The notes under the pieces are model-generated. The model was not told the DNA's origin, searched no databases, and worked only from the letters and a program-made list of their open reading frames with translations. A program made the position numbers and the translations under genes. A stretch of DNA of 64,000 nt, taken from the NCBI RefSeq assembly GCF_964355755.1, contig NC_092671.1, positions 5,766,001 to 5,830,000 of the forward strand, read 5' to 3'. This DNA is from Antedon mediterranea (lineage: Eukaryota > Animalia > Echinodermata). Shown piece after piece: positions 24,501 to 37,710 of this stretch (its first letter is position 1; every line of letters starts with the position of its first letter).

Positions 24501-27500
24501 GTGACGTTTATCTCAAGTGTGGTTCTACCACAACTCGCAGATACTGATGCACTTCCGTAGAACCAATTATTCGGCATCCGAGTTCCAATATTCAATTGTC
24601 TTTCAGTTTTATTGTCACATGTCACGTGCATTGGGTTCGTAATCCAGTAGCCATAATAATCGTTGCTAGGAATCATATAGCGATCAAGAACATTAATGGA
24701 ATATACCATGTTTCCACCATTATAGTTCGGAATGGCCATCTCCACCATCATCTTGTCATCTGACAATTTGCATATAGCATTGTTGCAGGTTATCATTTCA
24801 GCGTCTGTGTACCACCTGTATTTAAGTTTAAAAATACACTTGTAACATACTTAAAAGGAAGTTCACATAATTGTAATTCTTCAGTACATTTCCTCTTGTA
24901 TTAGACTTAATTCAAAGAAAACAACTTCATAAAAAGTGGAGAACAATATCTCACTCAGCCATTTCCACTACTGCGGTACGTTCAATATATTATTGTACTG
25001 CAGTACCGTACTTACATATCAATTCGCGACGCTCCCCATTGTACATCGGTAACTTCTTCAATCGGTTTTGTCATGTGAAGTGTCAAGTAGAGAGTTTCTT
25101 CAGCACTGCTACAATAGGCTTCTACAAATCCAGATCCCGTATCCTCACCTAAAAATGTCCAATTGGTGAATAAAGAAAATATAAAAAGCATTTGAATTTT
25201 GCGGAAAGTATATATCCTAATCCACAAAACTGTGTACCAAATGTGTAATGACGTCATAGTTTCCCTAGGTTACAGGATACTGAGCTCGCCTTGCCAAGAT
25301 AGGAACTCGAGACAGTCTTATGTATATGGCTGCGACAAATACCAACAGTAAGCTACTGTACTATGTACATACTCTGCGCGGTGTATGTTAAGGGCGTGAA
25401 ACAGATCGTGTCGCAGCCACAGATAAACCCTTTAATCTTCGGAGCTCGGCATCCTGTTAGATTGTCTTGGGTCGAGACACATCGATTATTAGGCAGGAAC
25501 GTTACTAACACTAATATTCACAAAACTTATAATTTGCAAGACTCTTACTTGACTCTTCTTCTGGGCAACCAAGTGATACATCTTGACCATTAACGGCAAC
25601 CAGACAATGTGGTGTTAGAATGGGATTAGCTTGTGTGAATATGTGCGTCAACATTGCTGCTCCTCTAACCAAAGGAAGCTCTAGTGTTCCACCGTCAGAA
25701 GAAGTGTACAGAAAATTAGCATACATTTCTTCAAATGATGTCATTTCCGGATGATTTGTGTTGGCAATTCCAACTTGAACACCAGACAAGCCTACAGTAA
25801 TTGATAAACAAAGTTCGTCCTAATTTTCCCTTAACATTTTACATTGATTGTGCATTTAAAAGCTAGCGAACTGTTATGGACTAAACTAATAAATAGATGT
25901 TTTAATCGTGGATAATTATAATACAATTAATTATAATGTAATCAATTGTTTTTTATTTTTAAAAAATAAATAGCTTTTTTGTACCTGTAAATTTGCTAAA
26001 AGGATTGCTATCTGGACCGGAGACCATCTGTTTCATTCCTGTACCAAGGGAGTCTAACTTTATCCAGGGGTTATCTTTCTTTCCCGGTGTAAGTTGATGG
26101 AATGTATCACTCCGCGTACTCGCATTCCATCTTTCTAACGTGTATGCATCGTATGTTATACCGTCCTCATTCATAATAGCTATATATGTCAAAAAGTAAT
26201 CCCCAAATAAATTATGCCCATGTAAATTGATTACATTTTTATGAACGGAAATTGATGAATGTAAATGTCAAATTATTTAAGCATAAAGTCACAGTAATGT
26301 ATTACTGGATGCTGGTACTATCATCTCTATCAGGCACAAATAGAGAGATTTAAGTAGTCTCTATTACTTTAGATATTTCCATTACATATTTTATCATTCT
26401 ACCTATCATTGCCGACCATCATACTCGTACATAATTATCATTCAATCTCTATGCATGATATGTACTAACAAAGCATAGCTAATTATTACAGAATTACCTG
26501 AATAGGGTATTAAGCGTATAGGAGCTGGGTTATTATGAATTGCATTGCTAGCAAAATGTCCAGTTGGTAGGGCTCCCTCAGACCTTAATGTACCAGTGTG
26601 TAATGGAGGAGCGATCCTTTCCAGTATCGAACTTGTTCCAAATATCTCAGATACATCTTCTGTAGATAATGGCTTATCGTGAAGAGTATTACATGCTAGA
26701 GGTAAGCCACCTGATCCTAGAAAAAGATATATCCAAAATCATTAAAGAAAAAAAATATAAAATAAATTTCATTCAGATCTTAGTAGTTAGTCTGTCTTTC
26801 CATTTCAATATCTGGAAGTAACACCGGTTCATTGGAATTAAAAATAATTAGTTTCCTGCATATTGCGTCATACGTTACTTACAGCTAATCAAAAACCCTG
26901 ATAAAAAAGTGGGCGTGTAATGTTACCAATATCTATAACGTCAGTTCTTGCAATAATTGGCTCAATTATTTACAACATAATATACACACAAAAGTGTATT
27001 CATTAATTAAAGCTTTAATGTATTTAAATGATAGAACCGGCCGGATTATAGTTGCATATTCGTTTATTATGCCACTTGCATTTTAAATTAACAGGAATTG
27101 TCACACAAAGAATTTAATCATTTGTGTCCATCAGGAATTATAAATGAAACTACTATAAATATTTAAAAACGCCACAAATTAAATAATTTGCCTGATCGGT
27201 TCGATAAATCTTGTTGGAGACGCTTCCATTTAGGGCCTATACATATTGAATGAATTAAGTACTACAGTAGAATTCCTATACAAGAGACACTTGGACAGGG
27301 GTTCCCGTTTACACGGGAAGTACCGGCATGGTGTCCCCTAAATAGAGGTGTCAGATTGAAGGGATTCTGGTGCAATTTTTTTTTCAAATTGTTTTTCTTT
27401 CTTTTTTCGTATTTATACGGTGTTTGGTTATTTGTTAATATCACGAACTTGTATAAAAACAATCAATTGAACAAGTTGTACTGTGCATCAGTCTCGTGCC

Positions 27501-30500
27501 TAGTAAAGTTTATATATTATTCGCAGGTAAACCGAGAATTTAATGTGTGAACAAATAATTTAAAGGCAGGTTATTTGGTATGCAGTAGCTTGCTTGCTAC
27601 AAAATATAACCTGTCTTGATGAAGATAAACCCGTTAGTTCTATCATCTTAATCCTAAAAAATAACCAAAAGTAATGCACTCGGATAGCGTGGGTAGATTT
27701 ATAGTGATCAGTTTTTCCAATTAATTTTTATGACTACAGTTGTAATAATTAATTTTAGCAAGTTTGGTAAAAATCCATTTATTTAAAGCGATAATAAAAA
27801 TAAGAGAATAAGAATTATTTTTGGAGGACAAACATTAATAAACGCTTCCACTTTTCTCTTTATAAATTTAAATATTTAGAGTAAATTTAGCTCATGTCAA
27901 AGTTTATGATCAATAGTTGTCAAGTTATTTTTTTAAATCAAACTATGAATCTGTAACATCTAATCTAAATCCATACATAATGTTAAATATATTAGCAATA
28001 AGACTATACGGGTTTGTTAGCACACCTTAATTGCAGAGCTATATACTGAAAGAGAAGAAGAGATAAATAGTATAATTGATATGCAATAGTTATAAGCCTC
28101 TAGCGAAGCTTACTGTCGAATCCCACATTTTCCAAATTTGCTTGCAGCGTTTATTATAGGTTACATCACTACAAGTGACAGATATGACATTATTTTCTGG
28201 ATTGAATGATTCAGGCCAACGAGGTCAGCAAATAATATACAAATTCCTACATTGGGTACATATACATTACAATTATATATAATATTAACAATAATAAATA
28301 TATCTCATATTAATAGCACCTAATTTTCCAGTTTAATCTTCTGTAGGCCTAATGAAAGTTACCTGCGCATGCCCGTAAACATTTTTCTTTAGTTATAAAG
28401 TTGTTTCTATTTCCTTTACAACCTTTGTAAGTAAACTTTCTGCATGTGTTTCCGTCGAAACTCCATCGTTGATGTGTTTTGTGGCAATCTCCAACTTTAA
28501 TAGGTAATAAACACAGGTCTTCTACAAAATAAAAATAGTTTTTATGAAAATTATATTCTATTTTTCCATTAATTTATTATTATTTTATCCATTTATTATA
28601 AAGACAAAGATCATCCACACATTGGTTAGCGACGTCTATCAAAACTTGTCCTGTATAAATCTGTTCAATTATAAATTTTAGAAACGCTCTAGTTTTAAAA
28701 CTATTTGGATCTGCTTAGGAACCTGTTAATTTGAGTACATCGACGCCATTTAGGCTTTAGGAATTACGGAACAACTTGGATAGATAATTCTATGTAAGTA
28801 CTCGTAAGCCCATATAAAAACATCTCTTTTTGTACAGTTTAGACAGCTGACATAAACCAGGAGTAGTATATGTTTCATTAAATATTACTATGAATCCATA
28901 TACACTTAAAAATGTTAAGGAAATTAGGTTAAGGTTAGCCAGCCCAGAATACCAATTATCGTCCTTTTCGCAATTGGAATAGACACGCAGACTAAAGCTC
29001 TGCCCATGGTCATGATGGTGTCATATCACTACGATATTTTTGCATATCACTTCCATATTTGGCACATCACACTTTTCTTGTCAAACTAGTTTGATAATAT
29101 AGACAGAGCTTAAGGCCTATATATTAAACATGCCATGACGTTATAACTATATAATGGAACATTAATGCTTCATCGATTAGTTTAATAATTTCTCATTTTA
29201 AATCAATTTACCTGTCTGAACAGTGATTAAGATTGATATACAGATTACAAATTTGACTCGACCCTTATCAATAAATTAGCCATCGATAAAGATAGGTTTG
29301 TTGATTCATGTTGACAACATGACACGGTAATAAACTCTTTATTAATATATTCACATATCTAAATAATTAACTGTGTTTAATATTAACATTGTATATATTA
29401 TGTATTGACATATTAACATGTTTAATGCAGCAGAATGTGCACCATGATGGCTTCCATTTCCCAAAAGCAATTACAGCTTTTTACATAATAACTCTTTATT
29501 AGTCCTAATCATTTCTCAAGATATTTTTCATTGTTTTTTCTTCTTTTACAGGATCCTCAGTAAAGTCTTAATTATATTATGTATATTATTGTTAATTTGC
29601 CATTATTGAAACAAATAAATGTTCTTAAATTGAAAAATGATTTTTTCTTTCTCGTGAACAAAGTTGCATCAACATCAAGTTTTATCTTTAACTTTTTAGA
29701 TCACACAAAACGACAAACATTGTCATCACTCTGATTTACTGGTGTCATAATTGCTCGTTTGTTGCCGTCTTATAACAATATATAAAGAACTGAAATGTAT
29801 AGTCTAGTTTTAAAGGCATAGAATTGTTTCATGTGGTATTGTATCTTTTTATTTTGTTAATTATACGTATAATTATCTCGTTAGTCCTATTATTATGTAA
29901 CGATGAGAAGCAAGTATGCGAAGAATGATACATAAAATCATTATTTTATGAACTATTTTGATCTTTTTTTGCACCATAATAGGTATTTCTACACTTATAA
30001 TAATGAGACTGTCTTCAAACTCACTTTCATAATAAAATTATACTATTAATGTTATGATATTTTCTGGATCAAATAAATCGACTTGTGACTTGTGTCTGGC
30101 AATAAAAATGATAATAACGATGTAATGTGTTTAATCAGGTAAGATAAAAAGAAGAGATATCTTTATTATAGACCTAAATAACATTAAATCCTGATGCTAA
30201 TTTGATATGGGTCACTAAAACTTTTGTAGCAATCTTTAAACACACGTGACCATTAATATCAGTAACACCGCGCTGTTTTAAAGGAGCATGTCATATTCTA
30301 CCTATACGACAGCTATAGTAAATTTTAAGTAATCTTATAAAGTTTTACTAAATGCAATTTAATTATAGGATATTATGGACCACCTACCTTTATGTTATAT
30401 TATTATATCATCTACAATTATGATGAAACTGAATATTTTATGTTGTTTAATGTACAGCCTAATAATAGCATAACTTAGAATAGAATAACGGGTATATAAA

Positions 30501-32922
30501 AATTAAAGTACATCATTCGTTTCAGTTACCGCGTGATTTTATTGGATAATGTTCTACTAAAAGACAATAATAAGTTACTTCTTACTTTATTGTTCTCTGA
30601 CTGTATGTACACTTCTATAAATGCATGTCATAATTATTGAATGATTATTTATAGTGATCCAGTTGAGATATAAAATCATGTTATGTTTTTTTTTTAACTT
30701 TACGACACTTGAAGTCCATGGTGCGGGCACAATTCTATTGATCATACATTCTAATAATTATTATCGATCTATATCGATTTGTGTACAAGAGTTCATAATT
30801 TTCGGGATTGTTATTGTGACATAATGATTTTGTTGAAAATACAGTAATCATTTTCTTATCATCTACACAGTAAAATCCCTAAAATCCTATTCTCTTCTAC
30901 ATAAATGTTTAAACAATTAAGAAAAATAAACGGTGTGGTACCAATTAGGGTTAATATCCTAGTGATTATTCATTATGATTTAAATTATATACAAAAATAA
31001 TAGGTTAAACTTTTAATTCTCTATATGGGAATTGTACGGCAGTATAATAACCATGTGATGCCTTTGGGAAATATGACTTTGGTAACAGAGGACAAGTTAA
31101 AACAAGTATTATGACAGTCAAAGCATACCGGTAATGAAAAATTCGTCCATTTTATTTGATAATAATGTACCGTAAATTTTTTTAACACTTAAAGATGTAT
31201 TGTCCCCTGAAGAAATATTTTTTTTGTTGAATATGTCATTTTAATGTCACATAATAATAATAATTTGACCAAAAATGGGATCAGAAAAAAAAATGATTTA
31301 CCTAAAAAAACTGTAATTTAAAGCAAAAAAAATAGTCAAATTGGCTGCCAGTCATGATGGGATTTTGGTTGAATGTAACTATAGTTTTTGTCGGTTTTTT
31401 TCTATGGAAGTGATTAACTTTATAAAATCTACAAAATGACCTATTGAAAGTAAGAATTTTTATTAATGTTCATTTGTCATGGTTTTTTGGGAGCAATACA
31501 TCTTTAAGATATTATCGGAATTGATGTCCTTATGAATATAGGAATACTCTACTAACTTTCATAATCTACCAGTAGGCCTATGTAAATTTAATTATACCAC
31601 TGAAGTTTTAACCTATATTATTATTGCCAAAACGTTTAAGAGAGGAAATGTGGTAGTTTTTAGAAGAACTATGCTTTTATAGAAAACTATAATATCTCAT
31701 AGCATGGAGTACTTTAAACATTTATGATCCTGCAGTGGGATAAAATATTGGCTTCGATGAAACACTATTTTTAATTCATCTTTGTTTATTTTTTAACAAA
31801 TCTTCTTTTCCAATCTTCTGAATTATGTGTGTTTAGCCTAGCAAGCAATCGTTACACAGCTTCTATACCATTTACTATTAATGAGTATACAACATTAGTA
31901 GATACATTACCGACATTAACATATATGCCTACAAATGGCTTATACTGTAGTTCATCACTCTGTATTATGCATCATCTAACATGTGAATATTTCATACCAT
32001 TTAAATCAGACAGTATATAAATCATATTACCTTATTTGACGATAAAAGCTTTTAGTGTGTTCTGCGCATGCGCTTTGATACACGGCCGTCAACACTGTCA
32101 ATAATTTTTAACTCATTCATTCACAATTGCCTTCGTTTCTATTCTTCTGGGTATTTTCGATTCATAAATTGTTACATAAATATAAATGTTTTCTTATTTA
32201 TCTTTTAGTTTGATCTAAATCTTACTTAAATGCTTACCTTTGAATTACTTTCATTAATTAAGAAGCAAAAAGTGACGTTTGATGGATTTGCTTTCATTAT
32301 GCTATATTAAATATTATGATTTCTAATATAAATATATGACAATAATATCATTATTTAATCATAGTTTAAATAACATTTTCAAAATTTAATTTCATAATCA
32401 TTTATGTTTGTATTAAACAGTATAAAATTTAATTATTTTTCATCTAGAATATATATTAATATACCGGTAGGTATACATTAAATTAAGAAATGAGAATTGT
32501 TCAATAGGTATCATGAACCTCCACCTTATTGTATTCATAATTTATACTGTTTTACTTCTTAATTGCCTTTTAAAATTAGACAGATAGTTGCTATCAATAA
32601 CCATAGAACGTAATAATGTTTATTATGATGACATAATTACTTTAGGAATATCTTATTTTATTAATGTAACATTACACAAATACTTACCTTCCTTGTTAAT
32701 ATATTCTTCTCCCAAGTTTTTTATTTTATGATCTAAGAAAATGGTGTACAACGCAGCAACGATACCACCAATAATCAACAAGACAGTCGCGATGACAAAC
32801 ACACAGCAAGTAGTTGTCTTAGGCGTTGGTTCTTTCTTAGATGGCACTACTGAGGTTGAAAGACTTTCGTTTAATTGTTCTTTTAACTCCACATCTACAA
32901 GATCACATTTACTGTTTGCCAT
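18535..32922 (-). CDS. Type II membrane Kunitz-domain / glycoside hydrolase family 81 (endo-beta-1,3-glucanase-like) fusion protein, ~1157 aa, 15 exons
   Basis: Exons (minus): 32922-32688, 28521-28363, 26716-26498, 26179-25985, 25791-25549, 25148-25016, 24815-24470, 23645-23436, 23274-22852, 21891-21733, 21320-21085, 20760-20585, 20211-20054, 19446-19129, 18798-18535. All GT-AG, open through 3474 nt. GH81 motifs in order: LPTGHFASN..PIRLIPY, LPLVRG, TLPHH, SYWAGKS, RYDSIWGG, NFG..YSNHHIHLGY, RDVANPS.NDTFFP..RHKDWYMGHSWATG, ESTSEAIN, GLQILPIT. TM helix VFVIATVLLIIGGIVAALYTIFL in exon 1. Confidence 0.88.
19512..19950. mobile_element. MITE-like element with ~22-bp imperfect TIRs carrying a 5' tRNA-Gln fragment
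   Basis: Left GAGACCTTTCGATTTGGGACGAC vs right GTCGTCGCAAATCGAAAGTTTCC. Internal GGTTCTATGGTGTAATGGTTAGCACTC (19707-19733) matches the 5' 27 nt of eukaryotic tRNA-Gln. Lies in a GH81 intron. Confidence 0.55.
22062..22372. repeat. ~58-bp minisatellite, ~5 copies, intronic
   Basis: Unit ACATTATTCGACTTATCCCTCAAGCTTTCACCACCATATTACCCAACACTACCAACAA repeated head-to-tail without unique spacers. Confidence 0.95.
25280..25470 (+). repeat. Dispersed ~200-bp repeat, second copy at ~46813-47015
   Basis: Shared TGAGCTCGCCTT..AAGATAGGAACTCG...GGCTGCGACAAATACCAAC...CAGCCACAGATAA...GAGCTC..ATCCTGTT..GATTG. Confidence 0.75.
28363..28521 (-). CDS. Kunitz/BPTI domain exon (phase 1-1) of the GH81 fusion gene; absent from the ORF track
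   Basis: Translates EDLCLLPIKVGDCHKTHQRWSFDGNTCRKFTYKGCKGNRNNFITKEKCLRACA: six Cys in Kunitz spacing with F.Y.GC.GN.NNF. Flanked by acceptor ttttgtAG and donor GTaact. Confidence 0.9.
31189..31507. mobile_element. MITE with TTAA target duplication (Kolobok/piggyBac-type target)
   Basis: TTAA-AGATGTATTGTCCC ... GGGAGCAATACATCT-TTAA. Confidence 0.75.
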
Positions 32923-35900
32923 TTCTAGAAAAGTTTGTTTTCTTCAAGTTTCGTTCAACGTTTGTAAAAGTTCTGAAGATTAAAAGAAACTTCCGTATAG
33001 TCGTTGTTGATGTTAACTGTATAGTCTGTCTCTTGTTCAATAACTATAGGTTTTTAATAGACACCTTTTTTCTGCAGAGCTATGCATGGAATTACTAGTC
33101 GGCTACGGTAAAATACGTCATCTGGGAAATATCATACACTGCGCGGTACTGTCTAATGGACTTTAAACCAGTTGTCGAAAGCTTTCTAAAATGCACCAAT
33201 TCAATGCAGCCTACATAATTCCATAACATTAAATGCTTAAAAATAAGCGCGCATAGTGTTGATAATAGTCTGCTTTGACATGATTTGTGTGCAGTGAGTA
33301 GATTTTGGTGAACAGTCAAATTTTATGAATTAATTAAATATTCATGTATTTCTGTAATGGTTCAAATGGTCCTCATACATCATGCTATACTAAAAGAAAT
33401 ACACATATAATTTAAAATGTTAATCATTACAATTATAGATATCGACGTAAATATAATTTGACAGGCGAATTGTGAATGATTAGGTATAAAGAAAATCTGA
33501 CAGTCCATTGTCAGAGTCACCTCAAAGACAGTCGTCCCATCATCACGTGAAAATGATGGATAATAATTTCCTTGTGGAAAAGTAACTTGGTGCAACTTCA
33601 CGACGTCTTTTGTATTCTATTTCAAGGCGAATCTAATCGAATGAATTATGCATTGAGCTTTTATTTGTTTCGTATGTTTGCGCATACACCTCCATGCATG
33701 TTACACACTGTAACGATTTATTCCACATTGGAAGATTATTATGGTTCTCCGCGGTTCTACTCGGACTCATCATGAGAAAAATGTTGCACTTTTTTTACCA
33801 TTAGTCATGAAAATATATAGATTAGTATAATTAGTTTTCTATTAGTTAAATCATAAGTGTTCATAACTGTTCTTCTCATAATGTATGTAATAAAAAAAAA
33901 TGCATTGTTCATTACTTATTAACCGAATCTCCGTATCTTTGTCAATCGCGCCAAAGAATTTTATTTTTTTGGATTCTGCCTTCGTCCATTTTTTTTTTTT
34001 TTTTTTGCATTTCTAATTATTCTATCTTGCTTTTTGCTTACTGTTTGTCTGTTGGACGAAAATTTTGAATTGAATTTAAATAAATGTTATAATTAAGAAT
34101 TCCTTTAGAATGAAATTGAAGTTCGGTTATTTAATTTAGAATGTTCCCATGGCGTTATATCTTTTTGAATGCTATTCCTGCTATTTTATTCTTCGTTGAC
34201 ACTTTTTAAGGTCTTTATTTATGTATCTTTTTGTCAAGAATAAATAATAAACTTAATATATGCAAGTTGAATTCCTGCTTGTGATCATCGATGGGGAAAC
34301 TAGGCCTATTACAAAATAAGTTTAGGTGCGCCCTCAACAAAATCGATTGTACTGAAATATTTGACAGGCAGTAAGGATTTCATTGCAAATCTAAATTCAT
34401 TTCTTAAAGTTTTCCTTAAATTGACCTGAGTGTGGTCATAAGTCAGTCTGGGTCGATCTTTATGAAATTCGTGTATCCGCCTATGTGGTATCTATACTGA
34501 TTAATTGATGAACTGATTATCGCCACTGAGTATACAGGAGATCTGCCAAAATATGGTAAATTAACAGTGACAGTATCTTGTTAAATACGACAAGTTGTCA
34601 TAACATTTATGTTCAATGTTTAGATTAAAAAGACCGGAAGTTGTACATCCCGGTCATATAAAAATACTTCATGAATCATTTTAAGCTTTTAAAATGACAA
34701 CATAGAAAATTCATCACAAAAACATTCCCAAAACCTAACTGGTATGACGTCAGTCTAAATAGTTAAATGTGACAACCACTACGGATTGTGTTCCTGATAT
34801 TTCATTAAGGTATTCATTAGGCCCATAACAATACAGTTCACGTCTGTCATCCTCACACGCTTCGTAACTTTCATAATTGTATATCATATTTTTATTTTTC
34901 TGATTGTAATATTTTATTTCTCTGTAGAATTCCTACTTCTGGCAAGGACTACTATACTATCCAGCATAGAGTGGATTTTTTCGGTGTTGTTTACCCTTTA
35001 TTGGGCCAACCAAGGTGAACCCACGACATTTCTTTGTGATCTGGTCACACAATGTGGCTTCTTTCCAATGTTTTAGGCCTACCTTCAGCCTATCTGTAAT
35101 CAACTTATCACATATAGAGTGACATTTCTTTAAAACTTCAAGTATCAACCCCAACCAGGTTGAGGTTGTATATACAGTATGTATCTTACACACATCATAT
35201 TTTTATTTTCGCCTGGCCCAGCGTGGTTTGTATTTGGCCTAGGTAATTTTCCGATGTAGATGTGTTCGGACCACCGAAGAACCTTAAACATGCGGCTTGA
35301 TTCCATGGCGATATTAATGCCCACCTAAACCAAAATACACTTTTTGTTGCTCTACTCTATAACCGAGGTCCTTAAACTCTGTTCAATTTAATTTCTCTAT
35401 GTTTCACCAACACAACAACTCAAACCCTTACGTTACCTATTGGCTAGACACAAAGTTACCAGAAAAAAACTCCATCCGGCATACATACATCACTGATGTT
35501 ATCGACTTGTCTTAATAACATGAGATAAAGTTGATTATAACATTTACAATGTGTCATTTTGTAGTGCATGATGAATGATTACATCATTACAAAGTAATAA
35601 TGAATAACGATGCATCAAACAATGTACACTCATTATTCGTTTGGTTTCATAAGACAAACGCCCAAGGAGATATTTCTCTTAGAACTAATTAGATAGATCA
35701 TAGATATTTCATTGAGATAATATAAACATTAGATTACCGGCTTTTCTGTCAAACATTGGTCTGTGAAAAAAAAAATATATAAAAAATAGAGAAATAGGCA
35801 TATTGATCATAGGCCTAATTATTATAAGCATTGATTATTATTTCTATCATTGTTTTATATAGTGTAGATGTTTACTTTATTTCTTTTATATTGTTTTTTT

Positions 35901-37597
35901 CTCTTTCTTATTGAATTATTGTTGTTAGATCAAAATTTATGCATTTTGATTAATTTATTTTTTGTGACAGGAGTCAAACCCCGATTAACGAAAACTATTT
36001 TTTAGCTCCTTTTCACATATTGTACTGTTTGTATGATGTGAATAAAGTTGAAAGTAAATAATGATAATGATATCGGTAAAAATTCGAATTTGTCGCCCAA
36101 CAGAAAGTAGTGGTTACTACGAAAAATTGTCCCATATTATCCGTGTTCGATAAATTAAAATCTGTTCCGTGGAAAGCGAAGAATTTTGTTTACCTCACCA
36201 CAAGCTCAAAATCCTTATTTTAATACTTTCATAAATTCATCAACCGTGGTACTAGTTAGTTTTATTTGTTTACCATTATTTGTCTTGCGTCGATGGGGTT
36301 TACTTTATATAATCCGGTTTTGTGAACAAACAAATGACCAGGTTTCAGTATATAGCACGTAATAGAGGAAAGGAGCTATTATTAGTAGGCCTATATATTC
36401 TTTCCTTCATTAATACGTAGATAACTTGCTCATCTGATTTTGTGATTTACAGTATCAGACGTGTGCTAAAGAATTAGACGGATAAATAAATCAAGATGTT
36501 ATTTATCTCCCTAATTAAGTTTTACATCCAAAAGAAGTAGGGTGTAGTAGGCCTTCAAATTGATGTTGTCAACCATGACACTGGTCATTCGTGCCGGTTA
36601 GAGTGCTCCTTAGCGCGTGCATCGTCTTGAACCACTCCTGTGTAAGAAGGCTACATTCACTCTTAAGTTTATTTAATAATTATACTATTACAATTAATCT
36701 TATTTACCAAACTTAATTGAGCCCAAACAATAGAACATCTAGACTCAAACAGCGAAGCAAATTGATCTCCTCGCACGAGCCCAGTTGAGACCCAGCAATT
36801 TCGGTTTAACTGGATCAGTGCTGCTTCAAATACAAATAGTATATCGCCTGGGTAGGTTAACAAAACCCAATTATAATGTCGAGTTTAGCGGCTAATTAAT
36901 GAAAACAAACGAATATAGACTTGTGACTGTTATGGATATTTTTTGTGCACAGCCTACCTAAATATTGATTTAATATGTTGATGATTAAGAAATTTGGCTG
37001 AAATATCAGAACATTATGTTAGTGTTTAAATTTGTGCATTGTACTCCCATATCACCTGTTACTGTGTTTAGTTTAGTTTATGCTATTTTAAGAACGAACA
37101 GGTTATTTAAAGATACTTGCCTTTTGGCGAAGGTTTTTGCAAGATCACATGTAATTTTTTTTTCTAAACGTAATTCAGTCAAAATATTATTCCAAATGAT
37201 GTTTTATGTTAAAAACACAAAGTACAATGTCAAAAGAGTATTTAAGTGAAACAAAGAACTAAGGGAGAAAGTTTCGGTTATTTGAATTTATTTTGTGAAA
37301 ATGGGCTTTTAAATTGTATTTTTAAGTATTAAATTTTCTGTTGGCACTTTCAGCACAGGCTTTGCTTTACTGAAAGTGCCTCATTTATATTGTAAGAAAT
37401 CATATTTATGTTTGTTTATGAATGAAGGAAATGATTTGATTTGATTGATTTATTAATTCCTACAGTTAATACATTAATTTTGAATTGCTAAAAGTTTTTT
37501 AAAAATATAAAAAATAATATTAAAAATCATTTGTTACAATGATGGCGTTATATCTTATTGAATGATATTCCTGCTATTTAGCCTTTTTACGGTATTT

Positions 37598-37710
37598 TTA
37601 TTCTCCACAGCTCACTATGTCGGTCGGTCGGTTGATCGGTCGGTCGGTTGGTCGGTAAATACCAACGCAAATTTGAGCACGCGACTGCAGCCATGTATAT
37701 GGCCTTGTTT
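37598..37710. mobile_element. Short Helentron/DINE-like non-autonomous element
   Basis: (GGTC)n microsatellite, a near-terminal hairpin GCCAT-GTAT-ATGGC and T-rich flanks. Absent from the paralogous segment at ~34149-34270. Confidence 0.55.

Noticed and set aside
18535-32922. GH81 as fungal or bacterial contamination
   Set aside because: It has 14 spliceosomal introns, several containing repeat families found elsewhere in the window, and is contiguous with animal-type genes.
34957-35310. Possible Gypsy integrase zinc-finger remnant on the minus strand (EVLKKCHS...HW...KC)
   Set aside because: Resemblance too weak and fragmentary to call without a search.
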